From an uncultured Chloroflexia bacterium (GTDB taxonomy: Bacteria; Chloroflexota; Ktedonobacteria; Ktedonobacterales; JADMIN01), in the NCBI GenBank assembly GCA_963712005.1, contig CAVQGK010000024.1, positions 1,554,046 through 1,618,045 of the forward strand: 64,000 nucleotides of DNA, read 5' to 3'. The notes under the pieces are model-generated. The model saw only the letters and a program-made list of their open reading frames with translations, did not search any database and had not been told where the DNA came from. Of the stretch, positions 44,301 to 53,935 are shown piece by piece (the stretch's first letter is position 1; every line of letters starts with the position of its first letter). The position numbers and the translations under genes were made by a program.

Positions 44301-44874
44301 GCGAGTGCGGCTGGCGCAGCCGTTGCAGAGCCCACCTGAGCAGTGCATCGTCGAGGTAACAGCTGACCGCGAGATCGAACGCGCACCTCACCACTGACGC
44401 CGGGCCACCGACGACACGATGCGGCGCTGACCGTGCTGGTGCGGCTGCATACCGGGTCGTCCGCGCGAAGATGAAACGGCGACCTGACCTGCCGCTCTAC
44501 TATCTGGCGCACCAGCAGGCGCATCCTGGCGTTCCAGTGCGGATCGTCCTGGCCTACGCGGGCAGGGCATTGGATGATGGGTCCGACGGGGACAATGGGA
44601 AATGGAGAATGGGTCGGCAGGCAGTCTATGACCCGCGTAACCAGACGATGTCACCGAAGAAGCGCGCCAGGCCGCCGAGCGCTATCTTGACCCAGCGCGA
44701 AAGAGCCGCTCGAAGCTGGACAAACTGGATGAGGCGGCGATGGGTATCATCGCCGGGGCATTCGCGCCGCGCCCCGAGGAGCGCCGTTGCGCCGCCTGCG
44801 CCTACTGCTACGTATGCCCATCCGACCCCGAGAGCGCCGATCTCAGCCCAATACCCGCCGCCGCCAGCAACTGA
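41352..44874 (+). pseudogene. UvrD/Rep-family helicase fused to a PD-(D/E)XK Cas4-like nuclease, many frame changes
   Basis: AGPGTGKTATL, LALTFSNRAAGEMRERL, TIHAFAG, LVDEFQDTN, VGDQNQSIYRFRGA, TLHQSKGLEFPVV, then LDQYLECPLQYKY and CAACAYCYVC. Confidence 0.8.
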
Positions 44875-45013
44875 CGCCGCTCGGCGCCATCATTCCCGTG
44901 AAAAATCGCCCGTGTCTATGCCCCATTTCCGCTTTTGTCCGCGAATGACGCATCTAGTCCATAGAAGGCAAGAGCAAGAGTCCGGTGCGAGAGTGGGAAG
45001 CGGGTAGGGCACG

Positions 45014-45454
45014 ATGGGTATGGTGGATGTGATGGATGAGGCGGACGAAATGGACGGGGTAGAGGGAGGTTCATCCTCGCACGAGCAACTGGGATCGAGC
45101 ATCACCTCGTTTACCCAACACGCGCGCAGGCGAAGCGCCCGGCGCAATGTAGCGCCCGACGCGGTGGACTATGTGCTGGCGTATGGCCGGATGATTCAGC
45201 AGACGGGCGCAATGTTCTATTTTCTCGGTCGGCGCGATATTCCCCCATGCGACCGCCGCACGAGCTGGGCATCGCGGCTGGAAGGCTCGATTGTGATCGT
45301 CGCTCCAGGTGGCGCTGTTATCACGATCTACCGGAACCGGCGGGGACTGCATACCATTGCGCGCAAGATGAAGTACCAGATGGGCGCGCGCAAACAGGCG
45401 TCCGCCCGCGATGCCGAGCCTCCGACCACCATGATGGCGCGTGCCAGCGCCTGA
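45014..45454 (+). CDS. DUF4258-like small protein (toxin-like fold)
   Basis: FTQHARRRSARRNVAPDAVDYVLAYG..FYFLGRRDI..IVIVAPGGAVITIYRN. Confidence 0.55.
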   Translation: MGMVDVMDEADEMDGVEGGSSSHEQLGSSITSFTQHARRRSARRNVAPDAVDYVLAYGRMIQQTGAMFYFLGRRDIPPCDRRTSWASRLEGSIVIVAPGGAVITIYRNRRGLHTIARKMKYQMGARKQASARDAEPPTTMMARASA

Positions 45455-45541
45455 GACGGCCAGCGTCAGCACAGCAGCACACCACAGCAGCAACATCAGC
45501 TTGAAGAGCGGGAGGATCGTCGTTGCCCGCCACTCTCCCCG

Positions 45542-46189
45542 ATGAAAGGTACGGTCATGACTGGAAAAGCACAAGAGTATCAACAGCGCTGGCAAGATAC
45601 CATGACGCCGGAATGCACGGTGGCGCCATGGGACGAGAAATTATCGCCGACATCGTGTGTCATCTTCGAATCCGCGCGCTCCGTCTCGATGGGCGAATGG
45701 TGTACGTTCTTTGCCGATTTCGGTGATGCGGTCTGCTTCTATCGCTATCTGCGCATCCCGGAAGAACTGGAAACATTGCCGACTGGCGATGAGCGGGATC
45801 AGTTGTTGTTGGCGTCAGCTTTGGCGCCGTCCAGATGGGGCCGCTACCGCGCGCGATTTAGCAACGAGGAGATTCGCCGACGGCGCTATGAGGGCGAACG
45901 CGCCCTCGATAAGCTGCTCGAACGCTTTGTACGGGAGGGCTATCAGGCTGAGATGGCCGGGAAGTTGATCGAGATCGTCGCCACGACGCTCATCGATTCC
46001 GACCTAGTTGATGTCTACGGCCTGCCCGGCGATCTCGCGCGCCTGCTGGCGCAGATTGGTAATCCTTTCGCCGACTGTGATTTCATGGTTGACGAGGATG
46101 ATGGCGCCCCCATAGCACCAAACTTCGACCTGAATGCCCAGGGACACCGCGAGGCGCTGGCGGAGCGCCTGATCGAGCCAGAATCGTGA
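45542..46189 (+). CDS. hypothetical protein
   Basis: 215-aa ORF with balanced acidic composition. No family recognised. Confidence 0.5.
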   Translation: MKGTVMTGKAQEYQQRWQDTMTPECTVAPWDEKLSPTSCVIFESARSVSMGEWCTFFADFGDAVCFYRYLRIPEELETLPTGDERDQLLLASALAPSRWGRYRARFSNEEIRRRRYEGERALDKLLERFVREGYQAEMAGKLIEIVATTLIDSDLVDVYGLPGDLARLLAQIGNPFADCDFMVDEDDGAPIAPNFDLNAQGHREALAERLIEPES

Positions 46190-46200
46190 GCCGTAGGCCG

Positions 46201-47034
46201 TCAGCGCAAGCCCAGCACCACAGCAAATCGCCCGGTGCGCCCGCCTTCGATGCGCGAGGAGAAAAACAGATCAGTGCGCGAGCCAGTGCACAACTCGCTT
46301 ATCTCGATGCGCTCCGCGGGGACACCCAGATCGAGCAGTTGCGAGCGGTTGGAGCCGAGCACATCCAGCCGCAGTGATTCGCGTGCCCCCTCTGCATCTG
46401 AAACCATCATGGTGGAGAATTGGGCGTTGCGCTCGGCAAATGGATTCTGCGCGAACTCGTCACGCACACGCTCGTCCACCTCGTAGCAGCACGTGCTGAT
46501 CGTGGGTGAGATCGTAGCATACACCTGATCAGGCTGTGTGCCATAGCATTCGCGCATGCGGTCGAGTGTGTTGCGCACAATGCCACCCCGCGTGCCGCGC
46601 CAACCCGCGTGTGTCAGGCCAATAGCTGTGTGGATGGGGTCAACGATCATGATGGTCGAGCAGTCGGCAACCGCCCAGAACAGACCAATCCCCGGCGTCC
46701 GTGTGATGAAGGCATCACAGCCATCGGGCAGAATGACTGCTGGTGGGGCGCTACCTTCCACGTCGTGCTCGGTCACTTCGTAGACCGTTGTCCCTTGCAG
46801 CGGCTTTGTTCCCACGAGCAGCGGATGGCCGGGCAGAGTCTCGCGGATGCGCCGATAGTTCTCGGTCCGGGCAGCGGTGTCATCTGGGGTAGCGGGTCCC
46901 GCGTTCAGCGAGCTAAACGGCGGCTGACTGACACCACCGAGGCGGCCAAAGACGCCATGAGTGATCAGGTCACCCAGGTTGCGTAGTGATGCGAACTGAA
47001 ACCAGATGATCTCTCCATACTCGAACTGGATCAC
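46201..47034 (-). CDS. pgeF: PgeF/YfiH (DUF152, laccase-domain) family protein
   Basis: HGVFGRLGGVS..FSSLN, DCSTIMIVDP, THAGWRGT and CCYEV motifs. GTG at 47034 has AGGAGG 5 nt upstream and overlaps the upstream TGA. Confidence 0.85.
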   Translation of the reverse strand: MIQFEYGEIIWFQFASLRNLGDLITHGVFGRLGGVSQPPFSSLNAGPATPDDTAARTENYRRIRETLPGHPLLVGTKPLQGTTVYEVTEHDVEGSAPPAVILPDGCDAFITRTPGIGLFWAVADCSTIMIVDPIHTAIGLTHAGWRGTRGGIVRNTLDRMRECYGTQPDQVYATISPTISTCCYEVDERVRDEFAQNPFAERNAQFSTMMVSDAEGARESLRLDVLGSNRSQLLDLGVPAERIEISELCTGSRTDLFFSSRIEGGRTGRFAVVLGLR

Positions 47035-49985
47035 TGATGCCTCCTGGCGTAGCGCTCTACCTGATCGAGATGCCGTTCGACATCGCCCGCTCGCGTATCC
47101 GAGCATCCCAACTGTACCATGATTTCGCGCACACGCGCGGCAGCGGGGATTCCAGAATAGGAGTAGTTGGCGACCGCCTGAGCAAGCATCTCGCAGCCTT
47201 CATCCGGCTCCTCTCGCTCGACAAGCAGTTGTCCCAGCAACTCTTGCGCCTGCGCCATCTCGAGGCGGATACCCAGATCGCTCGCGAGGGCCAGACTGGC
47301 GCGATAGCATTCGCCTGCGCGGTCCAGATTACCGCGCGCCGCCGCCACCATCCCGCGCACACGCCAGATGCGCGCCTGTTCGGGCCGATCTTTCCCCGCG
47401 ATGGCAATGAGCCTCGCGCGCTCAACGAGAGCGTTGGCTGTCTCGATATCTCCGCGCCGTAATGCAACCCTGGCCGATTCGCACAGGGTAACCACTATTT
47501 CCCTCTGATCACCCACCTGCTGGAGCAACTCCAGCGAACGCTCCAGCAAGGCGCCAGCTTCATCGAGCTGATTACGGCTCAGCGCAGCTTGCGCCTGCTC
47601 GGAACGCAACCAACCCTGGCCGCGCGGGTCGCGGATATCCTCCCAAATTGCCGACGCCTCCTCGAAATATGCGGACGAATCGGCAAAACGCTCCTGGATG
47701 GCGGTCAGCCTGCCGAGAAACGTGAAATCGACCGCCTCGCCGCGGCGGTCACGTGAATCTTGCCGCGCCTTCAAGCTCTGCTGAAGATACTCCTCGCCTT
47801 CAGCGAGATTGCCAAGGCTAATCGCAATCTTTCCCAGCGCACTCAGTGCAACCCCAATGCTTCGGCGTGAATCCACGGACTGGTAAAATGTCAGCACATC
47901 CCGATATAGTTCGATAGCTTGCTGAAACCGACCGCGCCGTATCGAATTATTGCCAAGCAACAGACGTGCCAGCCCAATCCCCCACCGATCGTTGATCTGT
48001 TCATACACGTTTATGGATTGCTGCAACTCTTCATCCGACGTCTCGATCTCGCCCAGTCGCTGAGACGCCTGGCCGAGGAAGCAGAGCGCGATCCCCTCAC
48101 CAGCGATATCGCGCACGTCGTCCGCCTGAAAGATACAGAGCGCCTCGCGAAGCACCGTGCGCGTCAACTGGTAATCTCCTCTATCGCGCGCGATATTGCC
48201 CAGCACGACGTATGCGGCGCCTGTGCCGTAGCGGTTGCCGGAGTCATGGAATGTTGCCAGGGCCTCCCGCGCCAAATGCTCCGCCTCGTCGAGCTTGCCC
48301 GTCAGCCGCAGGAAGCGCGCGTGGGCCAGGCGCAGGGTCGCCAACGTGCGGTGGGCGTCCTCGGTCGTCGCGGCGGCGGCATACCGTTCAGCCGCGGCGA
48401 TGCCCCAGGCGACATACATTTCGGTCTGCTTTGCCCGGCCATAATCGCGCCAGAACAGATGCATGCCGAGACAGGTCTTCGCGACCAACTCATCCAGTTG
48501 ATGGTCGTGCGCATAGGTCAGAGCATCCGTGATGTTTTTGTCATCTGGCCCTAGCGCCACTCGCTCGGGGCGACTCGCATAGTCGGCGTAGTACGTGGCG
48601 ATAGCCTGCCGAACATTGGCGTCGAAGTCACCGGGGTATTTCGCCAGTTGCTCGATGGCAAACGCGCGCAGGAGCGGATGGAGCCGCAGGCGCTCGGCAT
48701 CACTTCCACGCAGCAGACCGCGCAGTTCTGACGGCTCTACCAGGCCATACTCAATTAGTGTATCTACACCTGTGCCTGGGCGAGGATGTTCAAGCGCCGT
48801 TGCCAACGCCTTCGCGGCATTGCGGCTAAATTCTACGGTCGCGAATGCGCCGAGTGCCGCAAAGGTTTTCTGGGTTTCCGGGGATAGCGCCTCAAAGCTG
48901 CGCTGAAAGACGCTGTTGATGGACTCGTTGATCTGCCCAATCTCAAGGGGTGTTTTGAGCTCGTCGGCCAGGACGCGGAGGCTGCGGCGTGTACTACGCG
49001 CGTAGTGCGCCGCGATCTTCACCGCCAGCGTATGGTTGCCAAGGTTCTCGACAATGCGTGTCACGGCCTCCGGCTCGTCCTCGACGAGATCGCCTGCTGC
49101 TCTACCCAAATACTGACAGAACAACTCACGCGCCTGATCCGTCGCCATCAATTGCAGATCCAGGCACTCACCGATAGACAGGTAGCCGCGTGCGGTCAAG
49201 AGGATCGTCGCCTTCGCCGCCTGGAACGGCTCCACTACTCGCTCGATATTCAGCCCGGGCTCGATATTGTCCAGAATGACCAGCACACGTTTATTGCGCA
49301 GCAACTGGCATGTGGTATCGCGCAACTGCGCGTCTGAGGCGTCCGCCGGAATAAGACGCTGTGGCTCAAACTGGCGTAGCGCCTCACAGATGACCTGGAA
49401 AGGATCGATTTTGTCCTGGCACATGACGAAGCCAACACCACCGATAAAATGGCCCTCCGCGCGTAAGATTTCAACAGCCTTGATAGCGAGGCTCGTCTTG
49501 CCAACGCCCCCGATACCTTTCACTGCTGTGATGCCAGTGGTTATCCCCCGCCGCATACGATCCGTCAGCCATGTTAACTCGTGGTCGCGTCCAACGAAGC
49601 GTTCTGGGAGTGGAGGCAGGCTACTTTCGTCCGCTGCCTGCCCAACAGCTTCGGGAGCGATGGCATCGGCGGGAGCCGCACGTGGCAGATACTGGCTCGC
49701 ATCGCCGGTCGGGGGAGAGAAATCATCATCCAACGGCTTCTTCCGGGCGCGCTGTTTCTCAGCCACACGCTGAAATTCAGCGCGCTGATCCTCCGTCAGG
49801 TTGAGAGCCCCGGCCAGCATCTCGACGGTATCGAGGCGCGGGGCTTTGCGCTTTCCTGCTTCTAATAGCTGTATCGCTCCTACGGTCAATCCACCACGCT
49901 CCGCCAATTTTTCCTGCGTGAGACCAGCAGCCAGTCGATAGTGCAGAAGCAGGCGTGCAAAGCTGAGGTGTGAGGGTGTTGCCAT
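47031..49985 (-). CDS. STAND NTPase: XRE-type HTH + NB-ARC ATPase + TPR array
   Basis: HTH LTQEKLAERGGLTVGAIQLLEAG, Walker A GIGGVGKTS, Walker B VLVILDNIE, and about 500 aa of TPR-like repeats. Confidence 0.85.
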   Translation of the reverse strand: MATPSHLSFARLLLHYRLAAGLTQEKLAERGGLTVGAIQLLEAGKRKAPRLDTVEMLAGALNLTEDQRAEFQRVAEKQRARKKPLDDDFSPPTGDASQYLPRAAPADAIAPEAVGQAADESSLPPLPERFVGRDHELTWLTDRMRRGITTGITAVKGIGGVGKTSLAIKAVEILRAEGHFIGGVGFVMCQDKIDPFQVICEALRQFEPQRLIPADASDAQLRDTTCQLLRNKRVLVILDNIEPGLNIERVVEPFQAAKATILLTARGYLSIGECLDLQLMATDQARELFCQYLGRAAGDLVEDEPEAVTRIVENLGNHTLAVKIAAHYARSTRRSLRVLADELKTPLEIGQINESINSVFQRSFEALSPETQKTFAALGAFATVEFSRNAAKALATALEHPRPGTGVDTLIEYGLVEPSELRGLLRGSDAERLRLHPLLRAFAIEQLAKYPGDFDANVRQAIATYYADYASRPERVALGPDDKNITDALTYAHDHQLDELVAKTCLGMHLFWRDYGRAKQTEMYVAWGIAAAERYAAAATTEDAHRTLATLRLAHARFLRLTGKLDEAEHLAREALATFHDSGNRYGTGAAYVVLGNIARDRGDYQLTRTVLREALCIFQADDVRDIAGEGIALCFLGQASQRLGEIETSDEELQQSINVYEQINDRWGIGLARLLLGNNSIRRGRFQQAIELYRDVLTFYQSVDSRRSIGVALSALGKIAISLGNLAEGEEYLQQSLKARQDSRDRRGEAVDFTFLGRLTAIQERFADSSAYFEEASAIWEDIRDPRGQGWLRSEQAQAALSRNQLDEAGALLERSLELLQQVGDQREIVVTLCESARVALRRGDIETANALVERARLIAIAGKDRPEQARIWRVRGMVAAARGNLDRAGECYRASLALASDLGIRLEMAQAQELLGQLLVEREEPDEGCEMLAQAVANYSYSGIPAAARVREIMVQLGCSDTRAGDVERHLDQVERYARRHQ

Positions 49986-50131
49986 ATGACCTCCGTACAC
50001 AGCCCCGGCATTGAGTGAGCCATATCAGAGAGCATCTACGCTGCTTTGGACATCGTGCCAGTCGCCAAGGCATCTACCAATCGTTCTCGCCAACCTCTGT
50101 ACGCGACTACACAAGGACATCTTAACATGCC

Positions 50132-50325
50132 GCGCGAGAATTTCGCGCTCTCATATCCAGAATGGATATGCTAATTGTTCGGGTAATTGTGTGCGAATTG
50201 TGTATCCGCTGTGCGTGGTAAAAGCAGTCTTTCCCATCTATTCTAAACATATCCTCACTGCATCGCTGATGGATTGCCTAAGTGGCAGAGCGAGGGCAAC
50301 ATGTGAGCATGACCATGTGAGCATG
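50132..50325. promoter_or_regulatory. cluster of palindromes and phased direct repeats in a divergent intergenic region
   Basis: GCGCGA/TCGCGC (50132-50148). ATATCCA-gaa-TGGATAT (50153-50169). AATTGT three times at 50173/50185/50196. CATGTGAGCATG twice (50300-50311, 50314-50325). Confidence 0.5.
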
Positions 50326-50531
50326 GCATCCCATTGTAGTAAAGGAAGGAGGAGAAATACCTGATCAGAGGTCGGCTGGCTGACCAGCCAAATGCGTACG
50401 GCCTGAAGCGCTCTATTTCCACACAGCTCGCGACAGGCCCCGACCGCAAAGTGTCTCGTGAACTGCGTTCGCGAAAAACACAGCCCGTTTCCTTGTGTCA
50501 TTTGCATCGCTCACAAAGGAGAACAACACTC

Positions 50532-50816
50532 ATGTTCAGTATAGTTTCCGTTCCTACCATCGCGCAAGCGTTTGCCGCGACGACTGGCTCGCCGCGCTCT
50601 ACTGAAAAAAACAGCACGGGCGCATGGCGTCGACTGGTGGCTGTGGTGGCCGTGGTGGCGCTGGTCGGTGTGTTGCTGGCTGCGCTTGCTGGCGGCTGGT
50701 TCGCGCCTGTCGCTCATGGCGCTGGCACTCTGGCGTCGGCCACGACGATGACGCCGCATCAGTCGCTGGCGATAGCGCCACATATCGTCTGTGGCGCCCT
50801 TTCCCTGCCCTGCTAA
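50532..50816 (+). CDS. small membrane-anchored protein, possibly the 5-prime part of a split gene running to 51069
   Basis: AAAGGAG lies 10 nt upstream. One TM LVAVVAVVALVGVLLAALAGGWF. Protein-like reading continues in two other frames downstream. Confidence 0.45.
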   Translation: MFSIVSVPTIAQAFAATTGSPRSTEKNSTGAWRRLVAVVAVVALVGVLLAALAGGWFAPVAHGAGTLASATTMTPHQSLAIAPHIVCGALSLPC

Positions 50817-51129
50817 CCCAGCGTAATCGCGCCATTGCGGCGGCCCTGACCGGCTGCTTCAACGCCGCCTCTCGGCAAGGGTTCTCACTCGCTCTCCGGG
50901 TGAGGACTCTTCCACTTTCCGGCGGGCCAATGGCGGTTCGCTGTCTACCATCGAGCGGGACATAACACTTGGGAAGCTCTATCCACTGGAGCCTTCCTGG
51001 TATGGTACCATTGGCAATAGTTGCGCGTCCCTCCCCAATGTATTCAACCCTAAAGCCTACTTGTCGTAGTTATTATTGCTCCTGTTTGTAGGTTGTTGGC
51101 GCTTGGCGTTTGGATGGAGGAGTATCCGC

Positions 51130-52260
51130 ATGCCTCTGATGCCAGCATGGCCAGCGCCAGATCATCCGAGTTGGCATACTGAACGCGACTATTCGTCCCC
51201 GCTTGCCCATGTTCTTCCCAAGGCGTTCGCGCTGCTTACCACCAACACCCGGGATGATTACAATCAGGCGGCAACCCTGGTTCTTCCATTTGTTCCGAAG
51301 TCAGTTAGCGCTCCGCAGCGGTTGCGTGTCTGCTACGTCATCGCGTCCTATCTGGCATCGGTTAACGACTATGCCGAAGCGCTCATCTGGCTGGACGAAG
51401 CGCTCGATCTCGCCTACTTTCTTGAAGACGCCAGCGCTGTGCTGGATCTCATTATCATGAGGTCTGGCCTGAACCGGTCCCTGATGCGCACTGGAGAAGC
51501 CGCCAGTGACCTTTACACTGGCCTGTCACTTCTGGATCAGCGCACGCTTGCCAGCACTCCGGCGCAGACTGACCTCAAGCTGCACTTCACCGCGAATTTG
51601 GCAGGCTTCGAGTACTATCTAGGACATTACGAGGTAGCCGAGCAGTTGCTAGACGACGCCCGAATGCTGTCGCACGACCTGCCTGCCGCGCTGATCGAGG
51701 CTGCAACGGTTGAATGGATTCAGACGCACATCCATCGCCTGCGCGGCCGACCCGAGGAGGCCATTCGAACATCTCTAGCGGCTGCTACAGTCTTCACGGA
51801 GTCGGGGTCCGCAATCTCAGCGGCCCGCGCGCAGGCATTGGCCGCCGAGGCCGCGATGGACTATGTCTCGGCGTTTCGAGCGGACGCGGATCGCAGCGCC
51901 ATCCTCAAACTTGCCTGGCCTCATCTGAGCATGGCGATGAGCCTCGCTCGTGAAGCGCAAGATCCCATAGGTCGCCTGATGACCCAACTGACGCGCATTC
52001 GTTACGGTCGGCTGCGCCAGAGCAATGAGAATCGCATTACTAAGATCGAAAACATCATACGCCAGGCACGCGAGCTCGGTGATACGGCACTCGTCGCCGA
52101 TGCTTTCACATCGCTGGCCGATGAGTTGGCGGCAAGCGGCGAGACGGAATCGGCGCGCAATCTGTATCAGCAGGTGCTGGCGATGCTCGATGGTGGCGAC
52201 TTTCCCGCGGTTGGCGCACGGGCCCGGCGCGCATTGATGATCCCGCGCGAGTGGGAATAG
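51130..52260 (+). CDS. TPR-like helical repeat protein, function unknown
   Basis: GGAGGAG RBS before ATG 51130. All-helical Ala/Leu-rich repeats. Lower G+C than the window average. Confidence 0.55.
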   Translation: MPLMPAWPAPDHPSWHTERDYSSPLAHVLPKAFALLTTNTRDDYNQAATLVLPFVPKSVSAPQRLRVCYVIASYLASVNDYAEALIWLDEALDLAYFLEDASAVLDLIIMRSGLNRSLMRTGEAASDLYTGLSLLDQRTLASTPAQTDLKLHFTANLAGFEYYLGHYEVAEQLLDDARMLSHDLPAALIEAATVEWIQTHIHRLRGRPEEAIRTSLAAATVFTESGSAISAARAQALAAEAAMDYVSAFRADADRSAILKLAWPHLSMAMSLAREAQDPIGRLMTQLTRIRYGRLRQSNENRITKIENIIRQARELGDTALVADAFTSLADELAASGETESARNLYQQVLAMLDGGDFPAVGARARRALMIPREWE

Positions 52261-52321
52261 ACACTGACCCGCGCCGTCTCCCATCGACGATCTGAGCTCC
52301 CACGCACTTTCCGATGGCGGG

Positions 52322-53758
52322 TCAGGCGACGTCAGGTGAGGGATCGCAACGCTCCGACAGCGTCTCCAGTTCGGGACGGTCGGCTCGCGATGGGCGTCGC
52401 GCGCCGAAGGCCGCCAGCACCGTCTCCAGGACTGGCAGCATGCTCGATGCGCGTCTGGCGCGGATGATGAGATCCCACATCGGCTCGCACTTCTTCCAGC
52501 CACCAGCGTAGGCGACATGGCGCAGACGCTCGCCCCAGCGCGCATGGGCGCCTGCCCCGCGCACAATCGCGCCCCAGCGATAGAAGTCGCGGTACGCGCG
52601 CCAGTAGCCCGATTCCAGAGCCGCTGGAGTCAATTTCGCCGGGCGATAGACCACATGGCGCGTGTCGTAGAGATCCCAGTTGCTGTGGAGCAGCCGTCCC
52701 TGCGCCTCCATCCGTTTGTAGAGCGCGGTGTCGGGATAGGGCGTCAAGATGTGGAAGGTTGCCGTCTCGATGCCCTGAGCAATGGCCCACTCGACGGTCC
52801 GGTCAAAGACGCTTTCGTCGTCCTCATCCATGCCGAAGACGAAGCTCGCGTTGACCATGACACCGAGGTCGTGCAGGTGACGGATGGCAGCGGAGTAGTC
52901 GCGATTGAGATTCTGATATTTGCGCTGCTCCCGCAAGTTCGAGGGATTGAGCGTCTCGAATCCGACGAAGAGACTGCGCAGACCAGACGCCGCCGCCTGC
53001 TCCAGCAGTCCCGGACGCAGCACCGACTGCACCGTGCCCGCCGCCTGCCACAGCCGCCCCATCCCGCGCATCCCCTCGAAGAGGCTCGTCGCGAATCGTG
53101 GATTGCCAAAGAGATGGTCATCGAGAAAGTAGAGATGCCGCCCCGGCAGGCGTGCGATCTCGCCAAGCGCGTCGTCCACCTGCTGCGTGTAGAACGATTT
53201 GCCCCCTTTGAAGAAGGCCTCTTTATAGCAGAAATCGCAGACGTGCGGGCAGCCGCGCGAGACCACGATAGAGTTGGGGACGAGGTAGTGGCTGCGCCTG
53301 ATCAGGTCGCGCCGGATGCGCGGCATTCCCTGAAGCGTGCGGACGGACGAGGTATAGACGGGCGCCGGGTGGCCCGCCCGGTAGTCCGCCAGGAAGGTTG
53401 GCCAGGTGTCCTCGCCGGGGCCAAGAAAGATGCTGTCCGCATGCTTCGCGGCTTCCTGCGGTAGCGATGTGACGTGCAGCCCACCCAGCGCGACGTAGGC
53501 GCCCCTGGCGCGGTAGTGTTCGGCGAGCGCATAGGCGCGGGCGGCCGAGGTGATATAGACCTGGATAACGACCAGGTCAGGCTCGTCGTTCAGATCGAGC
53601 CGCTCGACGTGCTCGTCTTGAAGTGTCACCTCATCGTCGGCGTCCAGATAGCCCGCGAGCGTCGCCAGGCCGAGCGGCGGGAAGAGTGAATACTTGATCG
53701 GGCGGAAGTAGGGGCTGAGCGCCTCGGTCAGCGCGGGTAGGATCATCTTCACCTTCAT
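52322..53758 (-). CDS. B12-binding-domain radical SAM protein
   Basis: N-terminal cobalamin-binding-like domain (DLVVIQVYITS..ALGGLH) and the radical SAM cluster motif CPHVCDFC. Confidence 0.85.
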   Translation of the reverse strand: MKVKMILPALTEALSPYFRPIKYSLFPPLGLATLAGYLDADDEVTLQDEHVERLDLNDEPDLVVIQVYITSAARAYALAEHYRARGAYVALGGLHVTSLPQEAAKHADSIFLGPGEDTWPTFLADYRAGHPAPVYTSSVRTLQGMPRIRRDLIRRSHYLVPNSIVVSRGCPHVCDFCYKEAFFKGGKSFYTQQVDDALGEIARLPGRHLYFLDDHLFGNPRFATSLFEGMRGMGRLWQAAGTVQSVLRPGLLEQAAASGLRSLFVGFETLNPSNLREQRKYQNLNRDYSAAIRHLHDLGVMVNASFVFGMDEDDESVFDRTVEWAIAQGIETATFHILTPYPDTALYKRMEAQGRLLHSNWDLYDTRHVVYRPAKLTPAALESGYWRAYRDFYRWGAIVRGAGAHARWGERLRHVAYAGGWKKCEPMWDLIIRARRASSMLPVLETVLAAFGARRPSRADRPELETLSERCDPSPDVA

Positions 53759-53935
53759 CGTCTCGCACCTCTCTGCTTCGCGTTCGCGCCGCTATCTCGC
53801 CTATCGTCACTGCCTCCTCGTCAGTATGAGGTATCGCCCTGGTGGTTTGCTACGCCTCGGATGCCAGTCTGTCTACCCTCGATCATCACCGCCTGTACAC
53901 CTGGGTGTGCGCTTAGGAAGCAATCAGGTAATTCC

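Noticed and set aside
43040-44524. 494-aa minus-strand ORF
   Set aside because: It lies antisense to clearly recognisable UvrD and nuclease motifs on the plus strand. The composition is Arg/Ala/Ser/Pro-rich and not protein-like.
50342-50361. Strong Shine-Dalgarno-like AAGGAAGGAGGAG with a possible hidden small ORF
   Set aside because: No ATG, GTG or TTG follows at a suitable distance in any frame. Only a CTG does. It was treated as a purine-rich tract.
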